Below are positions 21,862 to 32,141 of a DNA stretch of 64,000 nucleotides, one piece after another. The stretch covers positions 220,725-284,724 of the forward strand of contig CAWBBV010000006.1 of assembly GCA_963787125.1 (NCBI GenBank). The letters run 5' to 3'. A model generated the notes under the pieces. That model saw only the letters and a program-made list of their open reading frames with translations, did not search any database and was not told the DNA's origin. The position numbers and the translations under genes are program-made. The number at the start of each line of letters is the position of its first letter. The first letter of the stretch is position 1. The DNA comes from an uncultured delta proteobacterium. Lineage in GTDB: Bacteria; Desulfobacterota; Desulfuromonadia; Geobacterales; DSM-12255.

Positions 21862-22367
21862 TTATTCCCCATTCGCCGTAGAAAGTTCCGCCTGCTTCAA
21901 GACAAGCTGAGTCGCATCTTCTGAAAGATCAGGCGGGTAGCCATACCGTGCCAACAGCCGCCGCACCTGCCGCCGTAAATCGGCACGGACCGACTCGCGT
22001 TGCGACCAGTCCAGCTTGGGCAAGCGCTTTACCATCTCCGCAAGTTCACGCGCCATCAGACGCAGCTTATCGCTCTCCATTGCCTGGCGTGCCGATTCGT
22101 TCTCGGCGATGGCATCATAGAACGCCGCTTCATCGGTGCTGAGGCCGAGCTTCCGACCGTGGTTTTGTACCTCGCGTACCCACTTCGCAAGATCCAGCAG
22201 CCGGGTAATCATCTCGGCAGTCGTAATGGCCTTATTCGTATAGCGTACCATCGCCTCTTCAAGGGCTTCGCGGAACTTCTTGCTCTGCACGAGATTGGTT
22301 CGCTCGGTGCTGCGAATCTGGTCGGTAAGAAGTTTGCGCAGCGTCTCCAGTGCCAGGTTCTTTTGCT
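21862..22367 (-). pseudogene. hsdR: 3' fragment of hsdR (DUF3387-like C-terminus), separated from the 5' part by the Mu-like element
   Basis: Joining across the TTTTGCT duplication restores ...VAALEQKNLALETLRKLLTDQIRSTERTNLVQSKKF...YGYPPD. Confidence 0.92.
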
Positions 22368-22373
22368 TGAAAG

Positions 22374-22584
22374 GAGAAAGGCATATATGTAATTGAGATC
22401 ATTACTTTTATAATTGTGTGCGGTTGTACTTGTGTTGAGGAAAAGTTGTTTATTTGCTGTAGGTTAGATTCACATTCTCGCTGAAAAAGCTCTATATTGC
22501 TTACGAAAGCTATTTTTATAATTCGGGGTAAAAAATGGCTGATTCGGGCTGTTGTGTGTGTTTGCGAAAAACATTTTTATAATT
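22374..22584 (+). promoter_or_regulatory. Putative transposase-binding sites at the left end (22374-94, 22395-415, 22503-23, 22564-84); inverted copy at the right end (41945-65)
   Basis: GAGAAAGGCATATATGTAATT, GAGATCATTACTTTTATAATT, ACGAAAGCTATTTTTATAATT, GCGAAAAACATTTTTATAATT; right end (reverse complement) GCGAAACCCTTTTTTATAATT. Confidence 0.75.
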
Positions 22585-23101
22585 GTGTCGCTGGGAGGGT
22601 TGTAGCGTTTAAAAATCTGCAAATATCATTTAAACGCCCTTTTCATGCCATTTAAAAAGAGATCACACTCGGAGGCTGTCAACAGCGCTCAAGGTGAAGG
22701 AAGTGAGCGCCGTCGAAAATCGAATGCAGAGCCGCTGTTGTCAATGAGCAGGGAACAAAAGACGCGGGGAGCGTGCTAAAACAGCTGAAATAAAGTTAAA
22801 TCAGCGCGAATGCTGCGCTCTAATACAAGAGTTTGCTTTTATAAGCTGATTTTATTTGTACCGGAACCATATATCTTCGGGCAAAGCATACATGCTTTTT
22901 GATATTCAGACGTTGCGGATGCATATTCCGGAGGAATCCGACCATGATTCCGGCGTGAAACCGACCGCTATTCCGATTTGAAACCGACCAACATTCCGCT
23001 GGCAATCCGACCAGCGTTCCGGAATGAATCCGACCAACAGTTTGTAGTCGCAAGGTAACTCAACAGCGTATTGTACCCCTCATTTATTTGAGGAGGTCAC
23101 A

Positions 23102-24643
23102 ATGCCGCAGAATCGAGTTACTATGCGTAAAATCCGAGAGATACTCCGTCTTGCCTGGTCTTGCAATCAGACCAGACAATCCATTTCCGACAGTTGCGGT
23201 ATCGGCAAGACAACCGTCACCGATACTCTATACCGGGCTTCTGCTGCCGGTCTGTCCTATCCCTTGCCAGCCGACCTCGATGATGAACGGCTGGAACGCC
23301 TTCTCTATCCTCAACATCCTCGTGCCATAACCAGTAGGCGGACACCTCCCGACTGGGCATCCCTGCATAACGAACTACTCTCCCACAAGAACCTGACGCT
23401 GATGCTTCTATGGCAAGAGTATAAGGAACGGGAGCCATCCGGTTACCAGTACAGTCAGTTCTGTGACCTGTTCCGGTTCTGGCGTGGCAAACTCGACCTG
23501 TCCATGCGTCAGGAACATCGTGCCGGCGAGAAGATGTTCGTGGACTACTGTGGTCAGACTATTCCGATTGTTGACTCGAGCACCGGAGAGATACGTGACG
23601 CTCAGGTGTTTGTTGCGGTCATGGGAGCCAGCAACTACACCTATGCCGAAACCACATGGAGCCAGTCCCTTGCTGATTGGACTGGTTCACATGTCAGAAC
23701 ATTCTCCTACTTCGGTGCCGTTCCTCATTGTCTCGTTCCAGATAATTTACTGTCTGGTGTCACCAAGACCTGCCGATATGAACCTGGCATCAATGTCACC
23801 TATCAGGAAATGGCGACTCATTACGGCACCGCTGTTGTTCCCGCCCGTGTCCGCAAACCACGAGACAAGCCCAAGGTAGAAGCCGGTGTCCAGTTCGTGC
23901 AGCGGTTCATCCTTGCCGGTTTACGACATCACACCTTCTTCAGTCTGGCAGAAGCGAATGCTGCCATCAAAGAACGGCTGGAACTTCTGAACAACCGTCC
24001 CTTCAGGAAACTTCCCGGTACCCGCAAGAGTCGGTTCGAGGAACTTGACCGTCCGGCAATGCTGCCACTGCCGGAACTCCCTTACCAGTATGCCCAATGG
24101 AAGATTGCCAGAGTGCACATTGATTACCATGTCGATGTGGAAGGGCATTTCTACAGTGTGCCGTACAGACTGGTACGGGAACAGGTCGATGTTCGCTACA
24201 CGTCTGCTACTGTGGAGTGTTTCCATAAGGGAAATCGTATCGCCTCGCATCCTCGCTCGTTTGTAAAAGGGAAACACACCACTGACCCCGAGCATATGCC
24301 AACAGCCCACCGGGAGTATGCTGAGTGGACTCCGGAACGCCTCGTCACCTGGGCATCCCAGACCGGCAAGGCAACGGCGGCGGTTGTAGAATCCATTCTC
24401 TCCAGAAGAGCCTATGCGGAACATGGCTTTCGTTCCTGTATGGGAATCATCTCCCTTGGTAAAAAGTTCGGCAAGGAACGACTGGAAGCAGCCTGTGAAC
24501 GTGCCCTGTTCATAAAAGGGATTAGTTACGCCAGCATCAAGTCGATTCTGAATAATAACCTTGACCAGAAACCTCTCCCCAAACAACAGGAACTGCTGAC
24601 CGTTACCCACGATAACATTCGTGGTACGGATTATTACGGATGA
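23102..24643 (+). CDS. istA: IS21 transposase IstA
   Basis: AGEKMFVDY, VPDNL, KPRDKPKVE DDE residues; YSVPY. Confidence 0.95.
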   Translation: MPQNRVTMRKIREILRLAWSCNQTRQSISDSCGIGKTTVTDTLYRASAAGLSYPLPADLDDERLERLLYPQHPRAITSRRTPPDWASLHNELLSHKNLTLMLLWQEYKEREPSGYQYSQFCDLFRFWRGKLDLSMRQEHRAGEKMFVDYCGQTIPIVDSSTGEIRDAQVFVAVMGASNYTYAETTWSQSLADWTGSHVRTFSYFGAVPHCLVPDNLLSGVTKTCRYEPGINVTYQEMATHYGTAVVPARVRKPRDKPKVEAGVQFVQRFILAGLRHHTFFSLAEANAAIKERLELLNNRPFRKLPGTRKSRFEELDRPAMLPLPELPYQYAQWKIARVHIDYHVDVEGHFYSVPYRLVREQVDVRYTSATVECFHKGNRIASHPRSFVKGKHTTDPEHMPTAHREYAEWTPERLVTWASQTGKATAAVVESILSRRAYAEHGFRSCMGIISLGKKFGKERLEAACERALFIKGISYASIKSILNNNLDQKPLPKQQELLTVTHDNIRGTDYYG

Positions 24644-24656
24644 ACAAAGGAACCCC

Positions 24657-25391
24657 ATGCTGACACAACCGACCATCGAGAAACTCAAAGTAATGAAGCT
24701 CACCGCTATGGCTCAGGCATTCACTGAGCAGATGCAACGTCCCGACATGGCGTCCCTCACCTTTGAGGAACGCTTTGGTCTGCTTGTAGACCACCAGATG
24801 ACAGAACTGGAGAACCGTAGGATGCAGAATCGACTGAGAACTGCCAAGCTACGCCTGTCGGCATCAATCGAAGACTTGGACTTCAGAGATGCACGAGGTA
24901 TGAACCGGTCACAGGTAATGTCCCTTGCCCAGAATCAGTGGGTGCGAAGCCATCAGAATATCCTCATCACCGGACCAACCGGAGCTGGCAAGAGTTATCT
25001 CGCCTGTGCACTGGCACAGAAGGCGTGCCGGGATGGACACACAACTCTCTACCAGAGACTGCCACGATTGCTTCAGGACATCTCCATTGCCCGCCACGAT
25101 GGTCGCTATCAGAAACTTATGGCTCAGGTGACCAAGTGCGAGGTGCTGGTGCTTGATGACCTGCTCATTTCGCCGCTCTCGCAGGATGACCAGCGGGAAC
25201 TGCTGGAAATCGTCGAGGAACGTTACGACCGGAAAGCGACTATTGTTACCAGTCAGTTACCCATTAAGGCTTGGCACGATGCCATGCAAGACCCAACGCT
25301 GGCTGACGCTATTCTGGATAGGCTGGTGCATAATGCCTACAAGGTCGAGCTGAAGGGTGAATCTATGCGGAAGCGACGGACAATTACTTGA
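24657..25391 (+). CDS. istB: IS21 helper ATPase IstB
   Basis: GPTGAGKS, LVLDD, TSQLP, ADAILDRLVH, GESMR. Confidence 0.95.
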   Translation: MLTQPTIEKLKVMKLTAMAQAFTEQMQRPDMASLTFEERFGLLVDHQMTELENRRMQNRLRTAKLRLSASIEDLDFRDARGMNRSQVMSLAQNQWVRSHQNILITGPTGAGKSYLACALAQKACRDGHTTLYQRLPRLLQDISIARHDGRYQKLMAQVTKCEVLVLDDLLISPLSQDDQRELLEIVEERYDRKATIVTSQLPIKAWHDAMQDPTLADAILDRLVHNAYKVELKGESMRKRRTIT

Positions 25392-25474
25392 CCGAAACAG
25401 TAGATATGTGACAATTTAACATGAATGCTATAATTGCTATTACAAACCATAATAAACCTGACTAACGGAGCAAG

Positions 25475-26239
25475 ATGACTATGAATAAATTTTTTCTGGT
25501 TATTTTCACCATATTACTTACTTCCCCTTGTTATGCTTTTGCTGGGAATGAAAGGATTAATCGATTCGAAGTAGAAGCCGGTGTCCTTGGAACCAAAAAC
25601 ATGGAAATTCATGGATACAAGCAAGAAAATGCGACTTCGGACTGGGACGCAATTGAGCCAACCGCACGTTTTGAATTCTGGTCGGTCAAAAAGGATGGGT
25701 GGAATTTTGGAGGCGTCTTACAACCTCTATATGCTCATTACTCTGATACGCTTACTAATGACCTCAATTTTAAAGGCACAGTATATCATGCAGGACAGCA
25801 TGGAACCCTTGACTATCAATTTCATTCAGCTCGGGCAACAGCAAACTATCCCGTGCTTTCATCAGATATTACCGGCAACTACCTTCGGCTTGGAGGGTCA
25901 GTCATCGCACGTTATGCTGATTTAAACTTTAAAACTACGTCGGATTCATTTCATGACACAAACTTTATTGTATTCCCATTGTTCAATATTGAAGGGGAAG
26001 CTGCAATTACGTCAAATCATAGTTTCTTCACTCGGGCTGACTTTTTACCATCGCCTTCTGGCAATGTATTTTTGGACGGTCTCTTTGATGTCTTTATTGG
26101 GGTAAAAACACATCTTAAGTCAGGTAACTCAGTAGATGCAGGCATTCGATTGTTTTTTGGCGGGTATGACCCAAATAAAGCAGACGAATATGCAAATAAA
26201 ATATTTTTCAACGCCGCAGTTATCAGATACTCATGGTGA
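25475..26239 (+). CDS. Exported protein, probable outer-membrane beta-barrel (IS passenger)
   Basis: Signal peptide; alternating hydrophobic beta-strand pattern; C-terminal aromatic residue (...IRYSW); inside the IS21 inverted repeats. Confidence 0.65.
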   Translation: MTMNKFFLVIFTILLTSPCYAFAGNERINRFEVEAGVLGTKNMEIHGYKQENATSDWDAIEPTARFEFWSVKKDGWNFGGVLQPLYAHYSDTLTNDLNFKGTVYHAGQHGTLDYQFHSARATANYPVLSSDITGNYLRLGGSVIARYADLNFKTTSDSFHDTNFIVFPLFNIEGEAAITSNHSFFTRADFLPSPSGNVFLDGLFDVFIGVKTHLKSGNSVDAGIRLFFGGYDPNKADEYANKIFFNAAVIRYSW

Positions 26240-27021
26240 CGATTCGGCATTAAGCTACAGACTGTGACACCCCATACCTTGCGACTATAACTCCACTTGG
26301 TCGCTTTCGCCGGAACGCTGGTCGGATTCACAGCGGAACACCGGTCGCCATCACGTCAGTTTCCTTGGTCGGATTCACCGGAATACGCAGCGGAGTCGTC
26401 TTTATCTTCTTTCAAGTATAACTCCGCTAAATCGTAATGATAATCTGCCAAATGCCGTTCAACCATTTCAAAGCAGTTGCCGCCCATTCCTTCGATATCT
26501 TTCTTGATGTAGTCGTATGCCCTGGGACTCTTAACAACAGAGTCAACTTGAGGTAAGAACCGTTCAAACAGGGCTATAAGGTCGTTTCGGTCTTTAGCTC
26601 GTGTGTTGTATTCTGCAACCTTGGGATAAAGGAGAAACGCCGGGGCGTGGTCTGGATCAGCAGCCAGGCAGTTATCAAGCAAGGGGTAAATCCTTCTCTT
26701 GAACTCAGCCTGAAGGCGGATACGTTCCGCCGCGTCAATAGTAGTCTGCTGCGTTGTCCCGTCCGGCGCTCTTGTTGTCTGGTAGGTGTCGGTAATGATA
26801 GCCATAAGTTCTTTATCTCTGCGAACAGATAAAGGCACATCTGAAGGTGCTTGATAAGGGAAATCGTAAAGGCACTGAGCAAGATCTTTTGCTACCTGGA
26901 AATAGGAATCGCTTGATATTGCAACTGGAGCGGCCACCGACTGCTGTTCAGCGTCAACCGGCCCTTTTACCGGTTGTGGTGTCGGTTTTAAACCTTTCAG
27001 AAAGTCAAAGAATCCCATAAA

Positions 27022-27561
27022 TTACACTTTCACGCGTCTGATAAATACTGAATCCATCAACCGGCCATAATCACCCTGGGATAACTTTATTTTTCTTCCA
27101 TCAATCATTAATTCACCATTTTCAAGGTTGTTTTCAAGATACATAAAGACTGAAAACATATCCTTTATTTCCTGCATTGCCGGGAGATCGACGCGCGATT
27201 CAGATATCAATCCGGCAATGTCAAAAGCAGCGTGAGCATATATATTGGCTATCTTTGAATCAACTTTACCAGCTGATTCAATGGCTGCCTGGATAACAGG
27301 AACAAACAGCTCATCATGTCCTATTTCAGATAGACGTTTACCACCACTACTTCCCCGCGCCATTTCGCCTTCACCAGCTAGTAGCCATGCTGGGTTTATA
27401 TGTGGGAATGCAGCAAGTATCTTGTTCAGATCGTCAACGTCCGGCGTCCTTTGGGCTCTTTCCCACCGTCCGATAGTATTCAAATGCACCCCTACCTTTT
27501 CGGCAAAAGCATCTTGACGCATAACACCACGAACGTTTTTTATCCTCTCGCCTATACCCAT
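27022..27561 (-). CDS. XRE/Cro-type HTH repressor (Mu c position)
   Basis: IGERIKNVRG..RQDAFAEKVGVH.NTI.RWER...P...INPAWLL.GEG; divergent from ner. Confidence 0.85.
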   Translation of the reverse strand: MGIGERIKNVRGVMRQDAFAEKVGVHLNTIGRWERAQRTPDVDDLNKILAAFPHINPAWLLAGEGEMARGSSGGKRLSEIGHDELFVPVIQAAIESAGKVDSKIANIYAHAAFDIAGLISESRVDLPAMQEIKDMFSVFMYLENNLENGELMIDGRKIKLSQGDYGRLMDSVFIRRVKV

Positions 27562-27765
27562 TTTGTAACCACCAGAAACCCAAAAAGGTTGTTGATCTCA
27601 CGCGGAGAAGTTACAACCATTTCAAAAAAGGTTGTAACTGTTTATATCTACTTGAAACATAACAAGTAATTTATAATATTTGTCACTTAGGCAGAAAACA
27701 ACACTAACAACCCATTTTAATTTTATTTATTGACAATGTACCCGTTTGGGTTTATTTTCACGGGC
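27562..27765. promoter_or_regulatory. Divergent repressor/early promoter-operator region
   Basis: Inverted repeat GTTACAACC...GGTTGTAAC (~27610-27638); TTGACA at 27730; AT-rich. Confidence 0.55.
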
Positions 27766-28068
27766 ATGATGTTGACAACGGACAAATTAAAAGAAACACG
27801 CGTTTTAAGAGCGTGGGTATTGTTCAGGCTCGCAGAGAAGGGATTGACCTTTACTGCCTTGGCAGATCGTTACGGAGCAGGCCGGGAACTCCCCTCAAAA
27901 GTGTTTACCAGTCCCCATTATCCAAAATGGGAAAAGATCATTGCTGACGCAATCCTGATGATGCCTGAAGAGATTTGGCCTGAACGATATAAAGAGCGGG
28001 CCGACCGCAAATCAAAGCAACTACTGCGTAAGGCTAAATCTACAAGAAAAGAGCGGGGGGCGCAATGA
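27766..28068 (+). CDS. ner: Ner/Nlp-family DNA-binding protein
   Basis: KGLTFTALA...YPKWEKIIADAI...PEEIWPERY. Confidence 0.85.
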   Translation: MMLTTDKLKETRVLRAWVLFRLAEKGLTFTALADRYGAGRELPSKVFTSPHYPKWEKIIADAILMMPEEIWPERYKERADRKSKQLLRKAKSTRKERGAQ

Positions 28069-28538
28069 CTAAGAGCAAACAAAGTTTAGTTCCCGACCCG
28101 GCGCAAATGTCCCTATTTGACAGCATAAAACAGGATCAGGCCGAACGGATCGAAAAGAAACCGGGGCGTATGTGTGTAACCCACCGACTGCATGCTGCTT
28201 ACAAGGCGGCGATCAAGGGCGCGTCAAAGTCCCGTGAGCAGATAGCTGATGACATGTCGGAACTGTCATGCCGCAAGGTCACAGTATCCATGATTAACAA
28301 CTGGCTTGCTGACAGCCACCCCCACGAAATGACATGCGACTTGATAGACGCATTCTGCGAAGCAACCGGAGATAACAGGCCGCTCCTAGTACTGACAGAC
28401 ACATACGGCATACACACTATCGAAGCGCCGGACAAAATCCGCGCCCGCCTGCAAAAGCTTGAAGAGCAAAAGAAGGAGCTGGACAAGGAAAAACACCGCT
28501 ACGCCTCATTACTGCATGAATTGGAGCGTAAACCATGA
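28065..28538 (+). CDS. Phage early regulatory protein
   Basis: SREQIADDMSELS...VSMINNWLA...AFCEATG; ATGA-coupled to ner. Confidence 0.65.
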   Translation: MTKSKQSLVPDPAQMSLFDSIKQDQAERIEKKPGRMCVTHRLHAAYKAAIKGASKSREQIADDMSELSCRKVTVSMINNWLADSHPHEMTCDLIDAFCEATGDNRPLLVLTDTYGIHTIEAPDKIRARLQKLEEQKKELDKEKHRYASLLHELERKP

Positions 28539-28726
28539 TGGGATTTCCGGCCATACCTTTCAAACTCTGTGATTTTTGGGCAATCCATAGCGAGACTTGG
28601 AACGGTGACACGCTGACAGTATCCGGCCTACTGCCAGGCAATACAGCAGCGGTTGCCACTTTCATGAGACAAGCAACGTCAAAAGGCAGTTGGCTTGCTG
28701 CTACCCTGGAAGGCCACAAACAATGA
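28535..28726 (+). CDS. Small hypothetical protein
   Basis: ATGA overlaps on both sides. Confidence 0.5.
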   Translation: MMGFPAIPFKLCDFWAIHSETWNGDTLTVSGLLPGNTAAVATFMRQATSKGSWLAATLEGHKQ

Positions 28727-30861
28727 AGCTGTCTCCAGTTCATGCCGAATTTCACGCCGCTGTCTACGAATATGAAAACCGCCTGCCGGTCTATGCCCTC
28801 TCAATTATAGAAATTGCTGAACATCTTGAATTATCACAGCAACTAATTGACAAGCAGCAAAAAAAATTCAACTGGCAACCGACCGGCGAACGTGTTCAAG
28901 GCGGGGGCGATAAGTACAATATCGACTTAATCAGGTTCTACAAGTCAAACGAAAAACACGCCGCCGCCCTGGAGAAGATAAAGAGCAAAATCAGAGATGA
29001 GAAAATAGCCCTTGAGCAAGATCAGGAAGCCGCCGCCATAGCTACCCGCCTTGCTAAGATCAAAGAGCAGATACGCATTGACCGGTTGTCTGAAGCTGAA
29101 GAAGAGATGAATCACGATGACCGTGAATGGCTCTGGAACCAGATGGGGAAGAAAGGCACGAAGCAACAGGACAAGGCTATCATGAGAAGCATGGCCGTGG
29201 CCAAAGTTAAGAGTCTTCTTGCTGCCGGAGAATGGGAGCGGCACGCAATAGAGCAGGTTGCCAAAGAGATTGGAGTTCATGAGCAGAGCGTACGTGGTTG
29301 GGTGAGAAAAACCAAAGATTGCCACCCCTCTGACCGCGCCGCAGTACTGGTAAATCAGATACAAGGCAAAGGTGAAGAGGCTGAATTTACCTTTGAAGCC
29401 TGGGAAGCCTTTAAAAAAGACTATCTCCGCAAGAAGAGCCCTTCTTACTCTTCATGTTACCGCCGCTTGCAAGCCGCCGCCGTTCTTAACGGCTGGACAA
29501 TCCCCACAAAAAAGACGGTTGAAAACTGGATTAAACGCAAAGTTGACGTAATGGTTATCAAATTCAGGCGTGAAGGGATGGAGGCCGTTGAAAAGTGCTT
29601 TCCGGCGATGAAGAGAAACAAAGACATGTTTGACGTAATGCAGGCGGTGAACGGTGACGGCTTCGCCCTGGGGATATGGGCCGATTTCGGCAACGGCACT
29701 ATAGTCAAGCCGATTGTCTGGAGCTGGCAGGATATCCGCTCTTCAAAGGTTCTCGCCTGGAGAATGGATATAAGCGAAAACCGTGAGCTTGTCAGACTGG
29801 CAACTCTTGACCTAATAACCGATTGGGGCATACCTGAATTTATGTATCTGGATAATACGCGGGCGGCTACTTCCAAGCAGATCAGCGGCGGCCTGCCGAA
29901 TCGTTACCGCTTCAAGGTCAAGGATGATGACCCGTTAGGAATCATGCCGCTACTCGGGATTGATCTGAAATACACCCTGCCAGGGCACGGGCAAAGTAAA
30001 CCTGTTGAGAGAGTTCACGGCATAGGCGGTTATCTGGACTTTGACACACTGCCGGTGTTTGAAGGCAGGGGCACAAAAGGCCGTCCCGTGCCGATTTCCG
30101 AAGTTGAAGAGCTGTTTAAAAACTTCGTCAACGAGATCAACGCCCGTCCGGATCGGCGCGGAGATTCAGTCAAAGGCAAAAGCTTTGACCAGGTATTCAG
30201 TGGACTGTATCCGGGGGCAATCATTACCAAGGCAACTGAAAAGCAGCGTAAATTCTGCCTTTCAGTTGCTGAAGTAGTCACGGTAAGCCGCACGAATGCA
30301 GAAATTACCCTGAAAGCTGGCAGGTCTGATGGTGGCGAGAATCGTTACTGGAATAACGAGCTTATAGCACGCATGGGGCAAAAGGTAACAGTACGGTTTG
30401 ACCCGGCGAATCTCCATAGTCCGGTTTATGTCGAGACCATAAGCGGAGTTGAAATCTGTACTGCCGCGCCGTCCATTACCGGAGGCTTTAAAGATGCTGC
30501 CGCCGCCCGTGAACATGCCAGGAACAAGGGCCACTTCAAGAAGCATGTCAAGCTTGCTGCTGAAGCGATTGGCAGAAATGACCTTGCTGAAGCACGGCGC
30601 TATATGGGGACAGTACCGGAGCCGGAGAAACCGCGAGCGAAAGTAACCCGGCTTGCTGCCAATGTACCGACAAAGGGCAAGGCTACCACGGATCAGGATA
30701 GCGGAGCTGTTGAGACACCTGCCTGTAAGACGCTACAGGAGTTGTTCCCGATTAAGAAAGTGGTGAACGGTAGTGATTGCGAACATGACGCGGAAAGCGT
30801 TGCTGCATTGTGGCATAAGGGCGCTGCAAAGCTTTATGGGAAGAAAAGTGTGCTGTCATAA
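28723..30861 (+). CDS. MuA-like DDE transposase
   Basis: FKKDYLR...SCYRRL; NGDG (D), YLDNTRA (D), QSKPVER (E); VRFDP C-terminal domain. Confidence 0.92.
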   Translation: MKLSPVHAEFHAAVYEYENRLPVYALSIIEIAEHLELSQQLIDKQQKKFNWQPTGERVQGGGDKYNIDLIRFYKSNEKHAAALEKIKSKIRDEKIALEQDQEAAAIATRLAKIKEQIRIDRLSEAEEEMNHDDREWLWNQMGKKGTKQQDKAIMRSMAVAKVKSLLAAGEWERHAIEQVAKEIGVHEQSVRGWVRKTKDCHPSDRAAVLVNQIQGKGEEAEFTFEAWEAFKKDYLRKKSPSYSSCYRRLQAAAVLNGWTIPTKKTVENWIKRKVDVMVIKFRREGMEAVEKCFPAMKRNKDMFDVMQAVNGDGFALGIWADFGNGTIVKPIVWSWQDIRSSKVLAWRMDISENRELVRLATLDLITDWGIPEFMYLDNTRAATSKQISGGLPNRYRFKVKDDDPLGIMPLLGIDLKYTLPGHGQSKPVERVHGIGGYLDFDTLPVFEGRGTKGRPVPISEVEELFKNFVNEINARPDRRGDSVKGKSFDQVFSGLYPGAIITKATEKQRKFCLSVAEVVTVSRTNAEITLKAGRSDGGENRYWNNELIARMGQKVTVRFDPANLHSPVYVETISGVEICTAAPSITGGFKDAAAAREHARNKGHFKKHVKLAAEAIGRNDLAEARRYMGTVPEPEKPRAKVTRLAANVPTKGKATTDQDSGAVETPACKTLQELFPIKKVVNGSDCEHDAESVAALWHKGAAKLYGKKSVLS

Positions 30862-30936
30862 AGAAAAAGCCGTGCTGTAACACGGCTCTTCACTCCCCCA
30901 AGGGGGAAATTTCCAGATCAGGAGGAACGATACCAG

Positions 30937-31896
30937 ATGAGTGAAAATGTTGCAAGAATGTTTGAAGAATTATCGGATGCAAGCGAACTGAGAGTCCGCG
31001 TAAGCGACATTATCAGCGAAACCGGCACGACACAGGGGAAGATTGCCAAGGAAACCGGCATTTCTCCTACCGCCCTTTCACAGTGGCTGCAAGAGAAGTA
31101 CAAGGGAGACAATGCCGAGGTTGAAAGCAAGCTCCTGAAATGGCTTGCAGCCAGGGAGCGCCGCACAGTTGCCGGTGAGACCATGCCCGCCGCTGCTGAT
31201 TATGTGGCGACACCTGCCGGAGAGCGTATCAAGGGGGTTTTGAGCTACGCACAGGCCGCCGCTGATTTGGCTGTCATTTATGGTGGGGCCGGAGTGGGCA
31301 AAACCCGCGCAATCAAGAGCTATGCCGCTTCAAGTCCTAATGTGTGGGTCGCTACCATGCGACCGGATACCGCTTGTGTTGCTTCGTGCCTGGAAGAGAT
31401 CGGCGAGTCCGTAGGGCTGAAAATGGCGAGCCGCGCCGCGCGCCAATCGCGGGATTTGACTCACAAATTTGCAGGAACCGGCGGGCTGTTGGTAGTGGAT
31501 GAAGCACAACACCTGAACATTGCCGCCATCGAAGCAATTCGTTCAATTTATGACGTTACCGGAATCGGCCTTGTCTTTTGCGGGAATGAATCGGTTTACG
31601 TCAGGATGACAGGAGGGAGCCGGGCCGCCACCTTTGCACAACTCTTCAGCCGGATCGGCAAGCGGTTAAGGTTGTCACAACCAAGTCAGGCAGATGTAAC
31701 CGCCCTTGCTGACGCTTTTGGAGTGAACGGCACGGCAGAGCGTCAGGCGCTTATAGAGATCAGTCAGAGGCCGGGGGCGCTTCGTTCTGTGGTTAAGGTA
31801 ATTCGCTTTGCTGCTGTTATGGCTGCTGGCAATGGTGAAGGTGTCAATCTTCATTATATTTCGACGGCCTGGAAAGAGTTGGGGGGGGAAGCATGA
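30937..31896 (+). CDS. MuB-like AAA ATPase
   Basis: N-terminal HTH; GGAGVGKT; VVDEAQHL; AQLFSRIG; PGALRSV. Confidence 0.93.
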   Translation: MSENVARMFEELSDASELRVRVSDIISETGTTQGKIAKETGISPTALSQWLQEKYKGDNAEVESKLLKWLAARERRTVAGETMPAAADYVATPAGERIKGVLSYAQAAADLAVIYGGAGVGKTRAIKSYAASSPNVWVATMRPDTACVASCLEEIGESVGLKMASRAARQSRDLTHKFAGTGGLLVVDEAQHLNIAAIEAIRSIYDVTGIGLVFCGNESVYVRMTGGSRAATFAQLFSRIGKRLRLSQPSQADVTALADAFGVNGTAERQALIEISQRPGALRSVVKVIRFAAVMAAGNGEGVNLHYISTAWKELGGEA

Positions 31897-32141
31897 CGTT
31901 ACCAGCTGGGACCATACCACCGATTAAAATGGGAATTGAACAAGAATTAACCATAAGCCAAGTTGATTTAATAATGGAACTTGAAGCCTGTAGAGCAATG
32001 ACTTTGTTTATCTCGGATGCTGTCGGCCTCATTTTGACAGAACATGGAAACTATAATGAAATATATCCTGTGCCATACGGCGCGGAGGTTTGCTTAACTT
32101 CACTGTCAGATAAAATTCATCAGCTCAGCATGAGAGGATAG
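31893..32141 (+). CDS. Hypothetical protein, C-terminus clipped by an IS insertion
   Basis: Removing the IS gives ...QLSMRVKGGIA*, ATGA-coupled to the ORF at 33983. Confidence 0.6.
   Translation: MTLPAGTIPPIKMGIEQELTISQVDLIMELEACRAMTLFISDAVGLILTEHGNYNEIYPVPYGAEVCLTSLSDKIHQLSMRG

Larger units (their letters stand above)
22920..26389 (+). mobile_element. IS21-family element carrying a passenger gene
   Basis: IRL TGCATATTCCGGAGGAATCCGACCA; IRR (reverse complement) TGCGTATTCCGGTGAATCCGACCA; multiple CCGACC subterminal repeats; 5-bp TSD GCGGA (22915-19, 26390-94). Confidence 0.93.
22839..27018 (-). pseudogene. TPR-containing protein interrupted by the IS21 element (pieces 27018-26390 and 22914-22839)
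   Basis: Removing the IS and one GCGGA copy restores ...HYDLAELYLKEDKDDSATSEYQKACMLCPKIYGSGTNKISL*, a TPR-like motif. Confidence 0.8.

Noticed and set aside
22920..23040. Regularly spaced CCGACCA repeats resembling a mini-CRISPR
   Set aside because: Period is ~24 bp and they are mirrored at 26297-26389; these are IS21 subterminal repeats, and no cas genes are present.
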